Assembly (NCBI GenBank): GCA_017535315.1
Contig: JAFXUD010000030.1
Location: 14,307-78,306, forward strand
DNA: 64,000 nt
Direction of reading: 5' to 3'
DNA from: Victivallales bacterium
GTDB lineage: Bacteria; Verrucomicrobiota; Lentisphaeria; Oligosphaerales; Oligosphaeraceae
The notes beneath the pieces were generated by a model. That model saw nothing but the letters and a program-made list of their open reading frames with translations, did no database searches and was not told the origin of the DNA. Position 1 is the stretch's first letter, and every line of letters starts with the position of its first letter. A program made the position numbers and the translations under genes. Below, in pieces: positions 54,095 to 62,399 of the stretch.

Positions 54095-56446
54095 ATGAAG
54101 ATTGACAATGCAAAATGGCTTTCGGTTCCAGAGGACAAGAACAGTGTCTGGATTTACAGCAAGGTGTTTCAATGTGACAAGACCAAGAAAGCCACGCTGG
54201 AAATAGCAGGCGACAAGGATGTTGTCGTCTATATAAACGGTGTTTGCCAGCCCTTCTCGCAACTAGCCGATGTGCCTGGAGAAAAGAGCGTCACCACCTG
54301 GAAGGTGTCGCTTCGCCAAGGTGTAAATGTCATCAATGTTGAGCTTTTCAACCTTAACGCGCAGTTTGCCAACTACGACAACAACTGCGTCCATGGCTTC
54401 GCCTGCGTTATTTATGCCCGCAGCACCATCCTGTGCATGACGGACAGTACCTGGCACATCTGGCGCAACAACGCATACGCCTCCGTCGATGCGAATGTCA
54501 GCCCCCAGCTCGGCAAGTGCTTCTGCTACGATGCCCGCACAGCCTCCGACTGGCAAGGCATTGACGCAGGCGGCGACCTTGCCACCGCCACCGACTACCA
54601 CCCACGTTACTTCGCACGTGAAGTGCCGCCGCTTCTCCCCCAGGACCTCCCCTCCGTGCGTCTTGTGCAGTTCGGCTACCTGAAACGCACCCTTGCACAG
54701 GGGACATTTGCGGAACTCTGCCAGGCAGACTACCTCTGCCCGCAGTTCGCGCAGCACAGCTTCTTCGACATGAAGGGCGTGGAGTTCAACCACCTCGCCT
54801 CAGGCATCCACCGCACGATGCGCCCAGACGACCAGTGGACTATCCTCCCCCGTCCCAAAGGCACCGACGGTGTCTATGTGACAATTGACCTTGGACGCGA
54901 AACCATCGGCTTCCTCGATCTCAGGCTCTCCGCCCCCAAAGACACCATCGTTGATATCGCGCATGGGGAGCACCTTGATGACGGACGCGTTCGTTGCTAC
55001 GTGGGCGGACGCAATTTCGCCGACCGCTACATCTGCAGCGGCAACGGGATGGAGCACTTCATCCACCGCTTCCGCCGCCTGGGTGCACGCTATCTGGAGC
55101 TGCACATCACCAACTATACAGGCAACATCGTCCTCGGCTACACGCAAGTTCTGGAGCAGAACCTGCCGCTGCCACAAGAATCCAACTTTTACTGCGAAGA
55201 CCGTCTTCTGCTAAAGAGCCGCGATGTAGGCATCTACACTCTAAGGTGCTGTATGCACGAGCATTATGAAGACTGCCCATGGCGCGAACAAGCTTTGTAC
55301 GCCTACGATTCACGCAACCAAGCACTGTTCGGCTACTATGTCTGGGGCAACTACGCCTTTGCCAGAGCCTGCCTCAACCTGTTGGGCAAGGTGCCAATGG
55401 AAGAAGGACAGCTCGCAATCACTTCCCCGCGCGAACCGAAATTTGCCATCGAGGTCTTTACCCTCGTGTGGATTGCAGAGCTTTATGAGTACTATCTCTT
55501 CAGCGGGGACTTCAGTTTGATTGAACAGAACAAGGAGGGCATCTTCCGCATCATCGACACCGTCTTGAAGCGATTTGACGCCAAAACAGGCCTCTATGTC
55601 CAGACCAACAATCCGCGCATCTGGCGCTTCTATGAGTGGGTTCCTGGCCTTACGGGACGTGTGCCTGAAGACACCAAAGACAACAAAAAACTTGCCGAAA
55701 AGCTGCGCCTGAGCGCCTGCTTCAACGGCTACTTCCTGGAGGTGCTCACCTGCGTCAACAAGATGTTCAACGGAAAGTACAACCAGGAAGCCACCTCACT
55801 TGCCAAAGCCATCCGCAAATATTTCCGCCTCAAGGAGACAGGCTATTTCCGAACAGACGACCTCACCGAGCTCCTCCACCAGCACACGCAAGCACTGATG
55901 CTGGCCGCTGGCGTGGTTAACCCTAAGGAGGCTAAAGGCTCCTCCGCCCAGTTCTTTGAAGCCTACAAGGATGCGTTACTGGTGCCTGTCAGCTTCAGTG
56001 CCATGCCCTATTATTTGCGAGCCTGGATGGAGGTCTCGCCCCAGTCACGCTTCGCCATGAATAAATGCATCCAAGACAACTATGACGCGATGGTGCTGAA
56101 GGGAGCAACCACCTTCTGGGAGACCGACGACGGTGGCGATGCGTTCTCATACGCAGGCAGCCTCTGCCATGCGTGGAGCAGCCTCCCCGTCTATTACTGC
56201 CATCGTTATGTGTTGGGTGTCAAGCCATTGGAGCCTGGATTCCGCCGTTTCCAGGTGAAGCCCTATCCTGGCAACCTTACCCATGCATGTGGTACCGTCC
56301 CCACACCCCACGGCCCCATACAAGTCAGTTGGAAGCTGTTGAACGGCACCATTCAGCTTCAGGTTGATTGCCCTTCAGAAACCGAGGCCGTCATTGACCA
56401 GTACCCTGAGTATCCAGTCAAGCTAAGAAAAAACATTCGCTACTAA
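54095..56446 (+). CDS. Alpha-L-rhamnosidase-like (GH78-type six-hairpin) glycoside hydrolase, no signal peptide
   Basis: 783 aa. The segment EDCPWREQALYAYDSRNQ resembles the GH78 DCPxRE...GD block. The C-terminal beta-sandwich has GTVPTPHGPIQVSW. Confidence 0.55.
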   Translation: MKIDNAKWLSVPEDKNSVWIYSKVFQCDKTKKATLEIAGDKDVVVYINGVCQPFSQLADVPGEKSVTTWKVSLRQGVNVINVELFNLNAQFANYDNNCVHGFACVIYARSTILCMTDSTWHIWRNNAYASVDANVSPQLGKCFCYDARTASDWQGIDAGGDLATATDYHPRYFAREVPPLLPQDLPSVRLVQFGYLKRTLAQGTFAELCQADYLCPQFAQHSFFDMKGVEFNHLASGIHRTMRPDDQWTILPRPKGTDGVYVTIDLGRETIGFLDLRLSAPKDTIVDIAHGEHLDDGRVRCYVGGRNFADRYICSGNGMEHFIHRFRRLGARYLELHITNYTGNIVLGYTQVLEQNLPLPQESNFYCEDRLLLKSRDVGIYTLRCCMHEHYEDCPWREQALYAYDSRNQALFGYYVWGNYAFARACLNLLGKVPMEEGQLAITSPREPKFAIEVFTLVWIAELYEYYLFSGDFSLIEQNKEGIFRIIDTVLKRFDAKTGLYVQTNNPRIWRFYEWVPGLTGRVPEDTKDNKKLAEKLRLSACFNGYFLEVLTCVNKMFNGKYNQEATSLAKAIRKYFRLKETGYFRTDDLTELLHQHTQALMLAAGVVNPKEAKGSSAQFFEAYKDALLVPVSFSAMPYYLRAWMEVSPQSRFAMNKCIQDNYDAMVLKGATTFWETDDGGDAFSYAGSLCHAWSSLPVYYCHRYVLGVKPLEPGFRRFQVKPYPGNLTHACGTVPTPHGPIQVSWKLLNGTIQLQVDCPSETEAVIDQYPEYPVKLRKNIRY

Positions 56447-56457
56447 TAAACTCTTTA

Positions 56458-56510
56458 TAGAGGTAATATCAAACCTAGCGCGAAATGCGCTAGGTTTGAT
56501 ATTACCTCTA
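56458..56510. terminator. 24-bp perfect hairpin between convergent genes
   Basis: The arms are tagaggtaatatcaaacctagcgc (56458-56481) and gcgctaggtttgatattacctcta (56487-56510), with loop gaaat. There is no clear U-tract on either side. Confidence 0.55.
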
Positions 56511-56522
56511 AAGAAATGGAAA

Positions 56523-57812
56523 TCAAGGCTGGAGTATCTGCATATAGTGATCCCAGTCGAAAAGCAATTGGTTGTGCTTGCCGATACGGCAATGGTAGTT
56601 GATGTCCCCATCGAGATAGATGCCTGGGACTGGCGGTTCCTCGGCTGGCAGTCCCTTGGAGCCAAAGAGCCTGTAAATCTCCTCTGCTCCTTTGGCGGCC
56701 AGGAACTCGCCTTTGGGGTCTGCCCACAAATCCTCCGTGGCACTAGCGACGGAAACCTTGCGCGGGGCCGCCAAGGCAATCAGCCAATGCTGGTCAAACG
56801 GCATCGTCTCCTCGCAGCCGTTGTACTTATGCAACGACTTTGTGAACCAATGGGGCATGACATTGTCGATGAAAAGATAGGTTTCACCAAACTTGCGACG
56901 TGCCAATGATGCTCCACCGCAACCAGAACAATTGGAGAAGACGGCGCAGAATCGCTGGTCACAGGCTCCTGCCCACAAGGCGGTCTTTCCAAGTCGTGAA
57001 TGTCCGTGCACCCCGACTCGCGTCGCATCCACCAACGGCTCCGTTTCCATATAGTCCATCATGCGTGAAAGTCCCCAGGACCAGACGCCGATGGAGGTGT
57101 AGTCTTCGTGTGCCCCCTTGAACCCCTTCAAACCATCCACAAAAAGCGTCAGAGCACTGTTCTCCCAGCCATCCCTGCGGTCGGGAAAAATCTCTTCATA
57201 GCAGACCGTCGCAGAGGCAAACCCTCTGGCGACCAGTTCCTTGAAGCACCAACGTTCAACCTGGACGCCCCGCTGGCTTTCATCCACGCCGTTTTCAGTG
57301 TCGCGATAGCGCCCGTTGGCCTTGGGACTGGTCATGCGGACGTCATTCTCCTCGGTCGTCGCCTCGTTACCCTTGAAGTTCAGTCCGACGAAGGCGGGAA
57401 CAGGCTTCTCCAACGCGGAAAGCGGTGCATAGAAGAGAATGTCGAACTTAAAGCAGCGTCCATTCCGCATACCGCAATGGACGCGTATCTCCTTTCGGAT
57501 GGCAGTCCCGTCCAAGGCACCATGTTTGCACGAGAGTAGTTCAAAGGAGAGGTGGTCGGGCCGTGGAACAACTTTGCCGTACATCTCCTTTTGGAGCATC
57601 TTGAAAACGGCGGGCCGCCCCCAGTTCATCCAGTCCGTCGCGGTCTTAACCTTTTTCCCAGGCAGCACATCCAGTGCCGATGGCAAGGAATACGCAGGAA
57701 CCTTCGCCTCGTCATAGTTGGTGAGGTCCACAATCTCCTTGTAGTAGTCTGAGTAGTTATCGGTCGTGACAACTTTGCTCAACTCTTTGAAGCGTTCTAG
57801 ATAGTCTGTCAT
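56523..57812 (-). CDS. CE15-like glucuronoyl esterase, no signal peptide
   Basis: 429 aa. The nucleophile block VGVHGHSRLGKTALWAG resembles the G-C-S-R-x-G-K motif of CE15. Confidence 0.55.
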   Translation of the reverse strand: MTDYLERFKELSKVVTTDNYSDYYKEIVDLTNYDEAKVPAYSLPSALDVLPGKKVKTATDWMNWGRPAVFKMLQKEMYGKVVPRPDHLSFELLSCKHGALDGTAIRKEIRVHCGMRNGRCFKFDILFYAPLSALEKPVPAFVGLNFKGNEATTEENDVRMTSPKANGRYRDTENGVDESQRGVQVERWCFKELVARGFASATVCYEEIFPDRRDGWENSALTLFVDGLKGFKGAHEDYTSIGVWSWGLSRMMDYMETEPLVDATRVGVHGHSRLGKTALWAGACDQRFCAVFSNCSGCGGASLARRKFGETYLFIDNVMPHWFTKSLHKYNGCEETMPFDQHWLIALAAPRKVSVASATEDLWADPKGEFLAAKGAEEIYRLFGSKGLPAEEPPVPGIYLDGDINYHCRIGKHNQLLFDWDHYMQILQP

Positions 57813-57835
57813 ATTTCGTTGGTCCCAGGGGAATA

Positions 57836-59134
57836 CTATTTGTTTGAAGGTACCTGAAGGGTGACATGGTTATTGACGGTCTCATAGTCATCGGTTGGAC
57901 CGTATAGTTCATCGTGCAGGTCGAACATGGCATCGACAGCCGTTTTGACTAGTTCGATAGATTTCCGTGGTGAGAACTGGTGTTTTTTGGCCTCATATCC
58001 ACCTTGTAGCAAGAAACTAGCAGGGCAAATGTAGTCATGACAGGCGGTGGCATTGTAGGCAATGAGAGCCTTTCTGAAGGGAGAATGCCACTTGATTTCA
58101 ACGCCCATCTCTGCACAAAGCTCACCAGGCACACCAACGAAACAGACATTGCCAATCACCAGGCATTGCATCTCCAAATCGAAAGTATCCATTCCAAGAT
58201 AATGGGTTGGAAGGATATTGGGATTGTTTCGGTAAATGGGACGCAGAGGGACGCTCAAAGTTCTGGAAAGTGCGCCTACCTTCGGGGATTTCATCTGGAA
58301 GCGATCGGGGTTGCGAAGGGCATCCAAGATGCTGCGCAAGACGCCCTTGCCAAGACGGATGCCCATTGACCTGAAGGCATCGGTGCCCAGCTCGTCCTCC
58401 TTGGGTATCAAGTCTCCACAGGCTCCATTGATGAACATGCATTCCCCGCCCAGTTCCTGCTTCACGTACTCGCAAAAGGCTCCTGGAAAGTCTGCGGATA
58501 TACGCCGTCCACCAGTTCCCATGGTATGGCCCGCCAAGGGATGTGCCGCATAGTTTCCGATGATCATCACGGGGAAACGCGTGCCTGGCTTCATGAAAAA
58601 CAGGCTTCCAAGCTCCTGGTCGGTGAAACCGTCGGCCAGCCGTCGAAGCTCGGCACGGTGCGGCAGGAAGCATGCGTAGTTGTCCGCCGTGACAACACGT
58701 CGATTAAGGTTTTCGTCGGCCTTGATGGAGTAGAAGAAGGTATCCACCTCCTCCAGTTTGTCTGGCAACTGCTTGCACTCCTCAAGGATGGCTGCCTCCA
58801 AGTTGTTCAAGTAGGGCCATTGGACGTGGTCATCGTACATCGCCTCCGCATTGGTCTGGGGACCACCATGCGTGTGCGTGCAGGTCAGCATCACATGAAA
58901 CTCTGGTATGCCCAGAAGCTCGCCGCACTCCCTGCGGATTTTGCGGATATAGGCCTCGTCAAAGCACTGCAAGTCAAAGCTGATAAGAAGTACTTTGCGT
59001 TCACCGTCGTCCGCCAGGAGACCTGTCATATAGAGGTCGTCTAACTTGGAAAAGGAGACATCCTCCATCTGGTAGCCTGATAGACGCGCACCAACTTCGG
59101 GGGAGATAACTCGTTTGAATAATGCAATTTTCAT
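57836..59134 (-). CDS. Neutral/alkaline ceramidase N-terminal-domain-like hydrolase
   Basis: Starts MKIALFKRVISPEVGARLSGY...LLISFDL...LTCTHTHGGPQ. I prefer the ATG at 59134; the track begins at the TTG at 59146. Confidence 0.45.
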   Translation of the reverse strand: MKIALFKRVISPEVGARLSGYQMEDVSFSKLDDLYMTGLLADDGERKVLLISFDLQCFDEAYIRKIRRECGELLGIPEFHVMLTCTHTHGGPQTNAEAMYDDHVQWPYLNNLEAAILEECKQLPDKLEEVDTFFYSIKADENLNRRVVTADNYACFLPHRAELRRLADGFTDQELGSLFFMKPGTRFPVMIIGNYAAHPLAGHTMGTGGRRISADFPGAFCEYVKQELGGECMFINGACGDLIPKEDELGTDAFRSMGIRLGKGVLRSILDALRNPDRFQMKSPKVGALSRTLSVPLRPIYRNNPNILPTHYLGMDTFDLEMQCLVIGNVCFVGVPGELCAEMGVEIKWHSPFRKALIAYNATACHDYICPASFLLQGGYEAKKHQFSPRKSIELVKTAVDAMFDLHDELYGPTDDYETVNNHVTLQVPSNK

Positions 59135-59198
59135 AGAAAGAGACAAAACGGATAGAGGGTATAACTTGACAAGCGGCGTAGCCGCGACAGAGTAAAGA

Positions 59199-59241
59199 CG
59201 TGGGCAAGCGAAGCCGCGTTAGCGGCAAGCGCAGCCCACGG
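59199..59241. repeat. Isolated copy of the MITE core hairpin
   Basis: The sequence cgtgggcaagcgaagccgcgttagcggcaagcgcagcccacgg aligns with the MITE core ccgtgggtggagcgaagccgcaatagcggcgaagcgaaatccacgg. No TIRs are present. Confidence 0.6.
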
Positions 59242-59276
59242 AAAGCGTTTTCAAGCCCCATTAGGACGGCAGGAGT

Positions 59277-59297
59277 CAAAAACCGCCCCGATGGGGC
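59277..59297 (-). terminator. Small GC hairpin plus U-tract after rsmE
   Basis: The minus strand reads gcccc-atc-ggggc followed by GGTTTTTG, starting 6 nt after the stop. Confidence 0.5.
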
Positions 59298-59302
59298 TCT
59301 TC

Positions 59303-60019
59303 TCATTTATCAATCAACGCATAAAGTGCGCCGAGCAATGCAGGAACAGCGGTTTCCACACGCAGGATACAAGTACCGACGGTCAAGGGAGTTGCCCCCT
59401 GCCCCAGAATTGCGTTTTCCTCTTCTGATGAGAAACCACCTTCTGGGCCAATCCATAAGGCAACACCCTTTTCCTGGCACTCTGTTGATTCGGGAAAGCT
59501 CCTTTGCAGTGCGGTATTTGGGACAGCTCCGAGGAAACTGCACTCTGTAGCGGAGGCAAGAGCCACATTGAACGCAACTGGCTCATCCAGAATGGGCAAC
59601 CATGGATTGCGAGACTGCTTCATTGCAACAATTGCCGTCTGCATCCAGCTCTCCTTGCTTTCGTCTGGTTTGGAGACGCCATACCTGCACAGAATCGGGG
59701 TGATTCGCGCAACGCCGAGTTCCGTCGCAAAGCGCACCACCAGCTCCATGATCTTGGAGCGAGGCGGAGCAAGATAAAGCCGAATAGCATATCGGGGCTT
59801 TGGATTCTGCAAAACCTCATCGACATTGCAGACCAGTTCGCTGCCGCGTCTGGAAATTGTTTCGACAACGGCATTTGCAGTATGCCCAAGACCATCCATC
59901 AGTGTCAGCCTGTCTCCTACTGAGAGACGCAGCACCTTGGATGCGTGCAGAGCTTCGTTTTCAGGAAGAGTGACGCTTCCTGAACGTAAGTCGGGACAGT
60001 AGAAGCAATGAATTGTCAT
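59303..60019 (-). CDS. rsmE: 16S rRNA (uracil1498-N3)-methyltransferase
   Basis: 238 aa. It has a PUA-like N-terminus (HASKVLRLSVGDRL) and the block WIGPEGGFSSEE. Confidence 0.85.
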   Translation of the reverse strand: MTIHCFYCPDLRSGSVTLPENEALHASKVLRLSVGDRLTLMDGLGHTANAVVETISRRGSELVCNVDEVLQNPKPRYAIRLYLAPPRSKIMELVVRFATELGVARITPILCRYGVSKPDESKESWMQTAIVAMKQSRNPWLPILDEPVAFNVALASATECSFLGAVPNTALQRSFPESTECQEKGVALWIGPEGGFSSEEENAILGQGATPLTVGTCILRVETAVPALLGALYALIDK

Positions 60020-60026
60020 AAAGGGT

Positions 60027-61418
60027 CTATTTGGAAGGAACCAGCTTGAATAGTCCAGTCCCGCATGAAGCCTTCAGGAATACCCAGCTTCCCTCCTCGT
60101 ACTTGCGACTGGCGGCCTCCTGCACATCTCCATAGCATTCGACACCCATTTTCTTGGAATGGACGGCAAACTTCTGGCCGATGGTGATGACCTTGTCCGT
60201 TGGCTTCGCAAACATTTGTAAGGCAACCTGCAAGGTTTCCCTGTGGTTCATGTCGCTTGATTCCCCCAGCTCCAGCATGTCGCCGATGACGACATACCTG
60301 CGAGGAGCATCCTTGCTGACCTCATGGAACCATTTAAGGCTGGCAGCCATGGAACTTGGATTCGCGTTATAGGCATCGTTCACCCAGTGGACGCCGTTGA
60401 TCTCTGTCTGAGCCATGCGCGCTCCTGGAAGCGAGCAGTTCTTCAAGCCTTCCGCAATCTCCTTCAAGGAGAGTCCAAAAGCGATTCCAGCGGCGGCAGC
60501 GGCAGCGGCGTTCCCAGCCTGCGCTTCGCCGCCAATGGACCAGGTGAAATCAATTCGTTCATTGGTGTCGTGTCGGATGATGGTCAACGCATACCCCCCA
60601 TCCACCATTCCGCCATAAACGGACTGCACATCCGCCTTGTCCGAAAGGCCGAAAGTTATGATGCGGCGTTTTCCTGCATGGCGTTTCAGAATATCAAGGC
60701 CGACGCACTCTGCAGGGATGACTGCGACACCGTTTGGCGAAGCCGCTTCCAGTATATCACCCTTTTCTTCCGCAACCCCCTGCAAGTCTTTGAAGAACTC
60801 CAGATGAGCGGCACCAATGCAGGTGATAACCGATGAAACTGGCTCAATGATTTTCCCCAAGGCCGCAATCTCACCTGGGTGATTGCTACCAGCCTCGATG
60901 ACGGCAGCGGCTGTATTTTCATCAATGCGGAGCAGGTTGCGCGGTACTCCGAAGTGATTGTTGGTGTTGCCCTCCGTCTTCAGTACCTGGCCTGGCCAGC
61001 GTGCCGAAAGCACAGCGGCGCACATCTCCTTGGTGCTTGTCTTGCCACAACTCCCCGTGACGGCTAAAAGAGGAAGTTTCGGGTAGCGTCTGCGGTTGGC
61101 GTTCGCAATAAGCTGAAATGCCATCAAGGTGTTTTCAACCAGAAGGCAGCCACAGGAAGCGGTGCGGAGAAGCGACATAGTCTCCCCATCAGGTTCACGC
61201 TGAACACAGACGCACCCTGCCCCTGCCTTGGCAGCCTGCTTAACATAATTGTGTCCATCGGCAATCTCTCCCACAATCGCCATGAACAACGCGCCAGAAG
61301 TGATTTTGCGGCTGTCGTCCTGCACGCATGTTGCACCAGATGTAGTGGTTTCAAGAAGCCACTTGCCACGGGTCACACTCTGTATCTCACTCCAGGAAAA
61401 GAAGATTTTCTCTGACAT
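60027..61418 (-). CDS. murF: UDP-N-acetylmuramoyl-tripeptide--D-alanyl-D-alanine ligase
   Basis: 463 aa with AVTGSCGKTSTKEM and the Mur ligase middle and C-terminal domains. Confidence 0.9.
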   Translation of the reverse strand: MSEKIFFSWSEIQSVTRGKWLLETTTSGATCVQDDSRKITSGALFMAIVGEIADGHNYVKQAAKAGAGCVCVQREPDGETMSLLRTASCGCLLVENTLMAFQLIANANRRRYPKLPLLAVTGSCGKTSTKEMCAAVLSARWPGQVLKTEGNTNNHFGVPRNLLRIDENTAAAVIEAGSNHPGEIAALGKIIEPVSSVITCIGAAHLEFFKDLQGVAEEKGDILEAASPNGVAVIPAECVGLDILKRHAGKRRIITFGLSDKADVQSVYGGMVDGGYALTIIRHDTNERIDFTWSIGGEAQAGNAAAAAAAGIAFGLSLKEIAEGLKNCSLPGARMAQTEINGVHWVNDAYNANPSSMAASLKWFHEVSKDAPRRYVVIGDMLELGESSDMNHRETLQVALQMFAKPTDKVITIGQKFAVHSKKMGVECYGDVQEAASRKYEEGSWVFLKASCGTGLFKLVPSK

Positions 61419-61424
61419 AATTCA

Positions 61425-62276
61425 TTAATGCTTTTGATTTTTGCGTTTGATTGCATCGGTGGCACGCTTCAGCAGGGCAAGTTCATCGCCAGAGAGGTTA
61501 TCATAACCTTCTTTGGCGATTTTGGAAAGTACCTGCTTCAGAGCGTCGCTGTCCAATATTTCATCGTCATCATTGACATACGGTGTCATGTCGGGAGGCG
61601 CATAGGAATCGCTTGGTCGTGTAGGACTCGGTCTTCGTTTGAAAAGCCCAGAAAGCCATTGCGAGAAACGGTTGTCTGGCGCGATTCGCCGCATATAAAG
61701 AAAGCCGCCCAAAGCACCACCCAAGTGGGCTATATGCGCAATGGAACTGTTGATATTGAAGGAACTTAGAACCTCCAAAACCATATAGCAGATGACGAAT
61801 GTCCGCATCTTCATGGGGATTGGCGGAAACAGCAACATGATTCTTGCATCTGGAAACGCCATGGCGCAGGCAGTCATGACACCGAACAGAGCACCGCTGG
61901 CCCCCACACATCCAATCCGACTGTGCCAGTTGAAAAGAAGCCATACCAGCGCACCGATTACACCGCTCATGAAGTACAGAACAAGGAAGCGCTTGTAGCC
62001 CAAAAGCCGTTCCACTGGTTTGCCAAACAAAAACACCCCCCACATATTGCACACGATATGCCAGAAGCCACCATGGAGAAACGTATATGTCACCAGGCGC
62101 CAAATCTGGTATTTTTTGATGAAATAGGGATGAAGCGCACAAAGATTGTAAAGTTCTTCCCCACTGTTGCCAAACTGGCATACCAGAAATACCAGGACAT
62201 TGAGGATTATCAAGGGCATGATGACCGAAAACGGCTTCTCATATCCCCTTTGCATGTAATCGCGTTCACCTAGCAT
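61425..62276 (-). CDS. Rhomboid family intramembrane serine protease with a C-terminal soluble extension
   Basis: Has the catalytic blocks GASGALFGV and AHIAHLGG. The start is uncertain: in-frame ATG at 62276, or the TTG at 62297 used by the track. Confidence 0.8.
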   Translation of the reverse strand: MLGERDYMQRGYEKPFSVIMPLIILNVLVFLVCQFGNSGEELYNLCALHPYFIKKYQIWRLVTYTFLHGGFWHIVCNMWGVFLFGKPVERLLGYKRFLVLYFMSGVIGALVWLLFNWHSRIGCVGASGALFGVMTACAMAFPDARIMLLFPPIPMKMRTFVICYMVLEVLSSFNINSSIAHIAHLGGALGGFLYMRRIAPDNRFSQWLSGLFKRRPSPTRPSDSYAPPDMTPYVNDDDEILDSDALKQVLSKIAKEGYDNLSGDELALLKRATDAIKRKNQKH

Positions 62277-62399
62277 ATTATTCTTTTCATACTTCAATTA
62301 CCCTGGCGCTAACGCGCCAGGCACAGAACAGGCTTTGCCCTTTGAGCCGTGCAGCGGTCCTGGTACACGCGGAGCGTGCACCAGCAAAACCCGTGCGTG

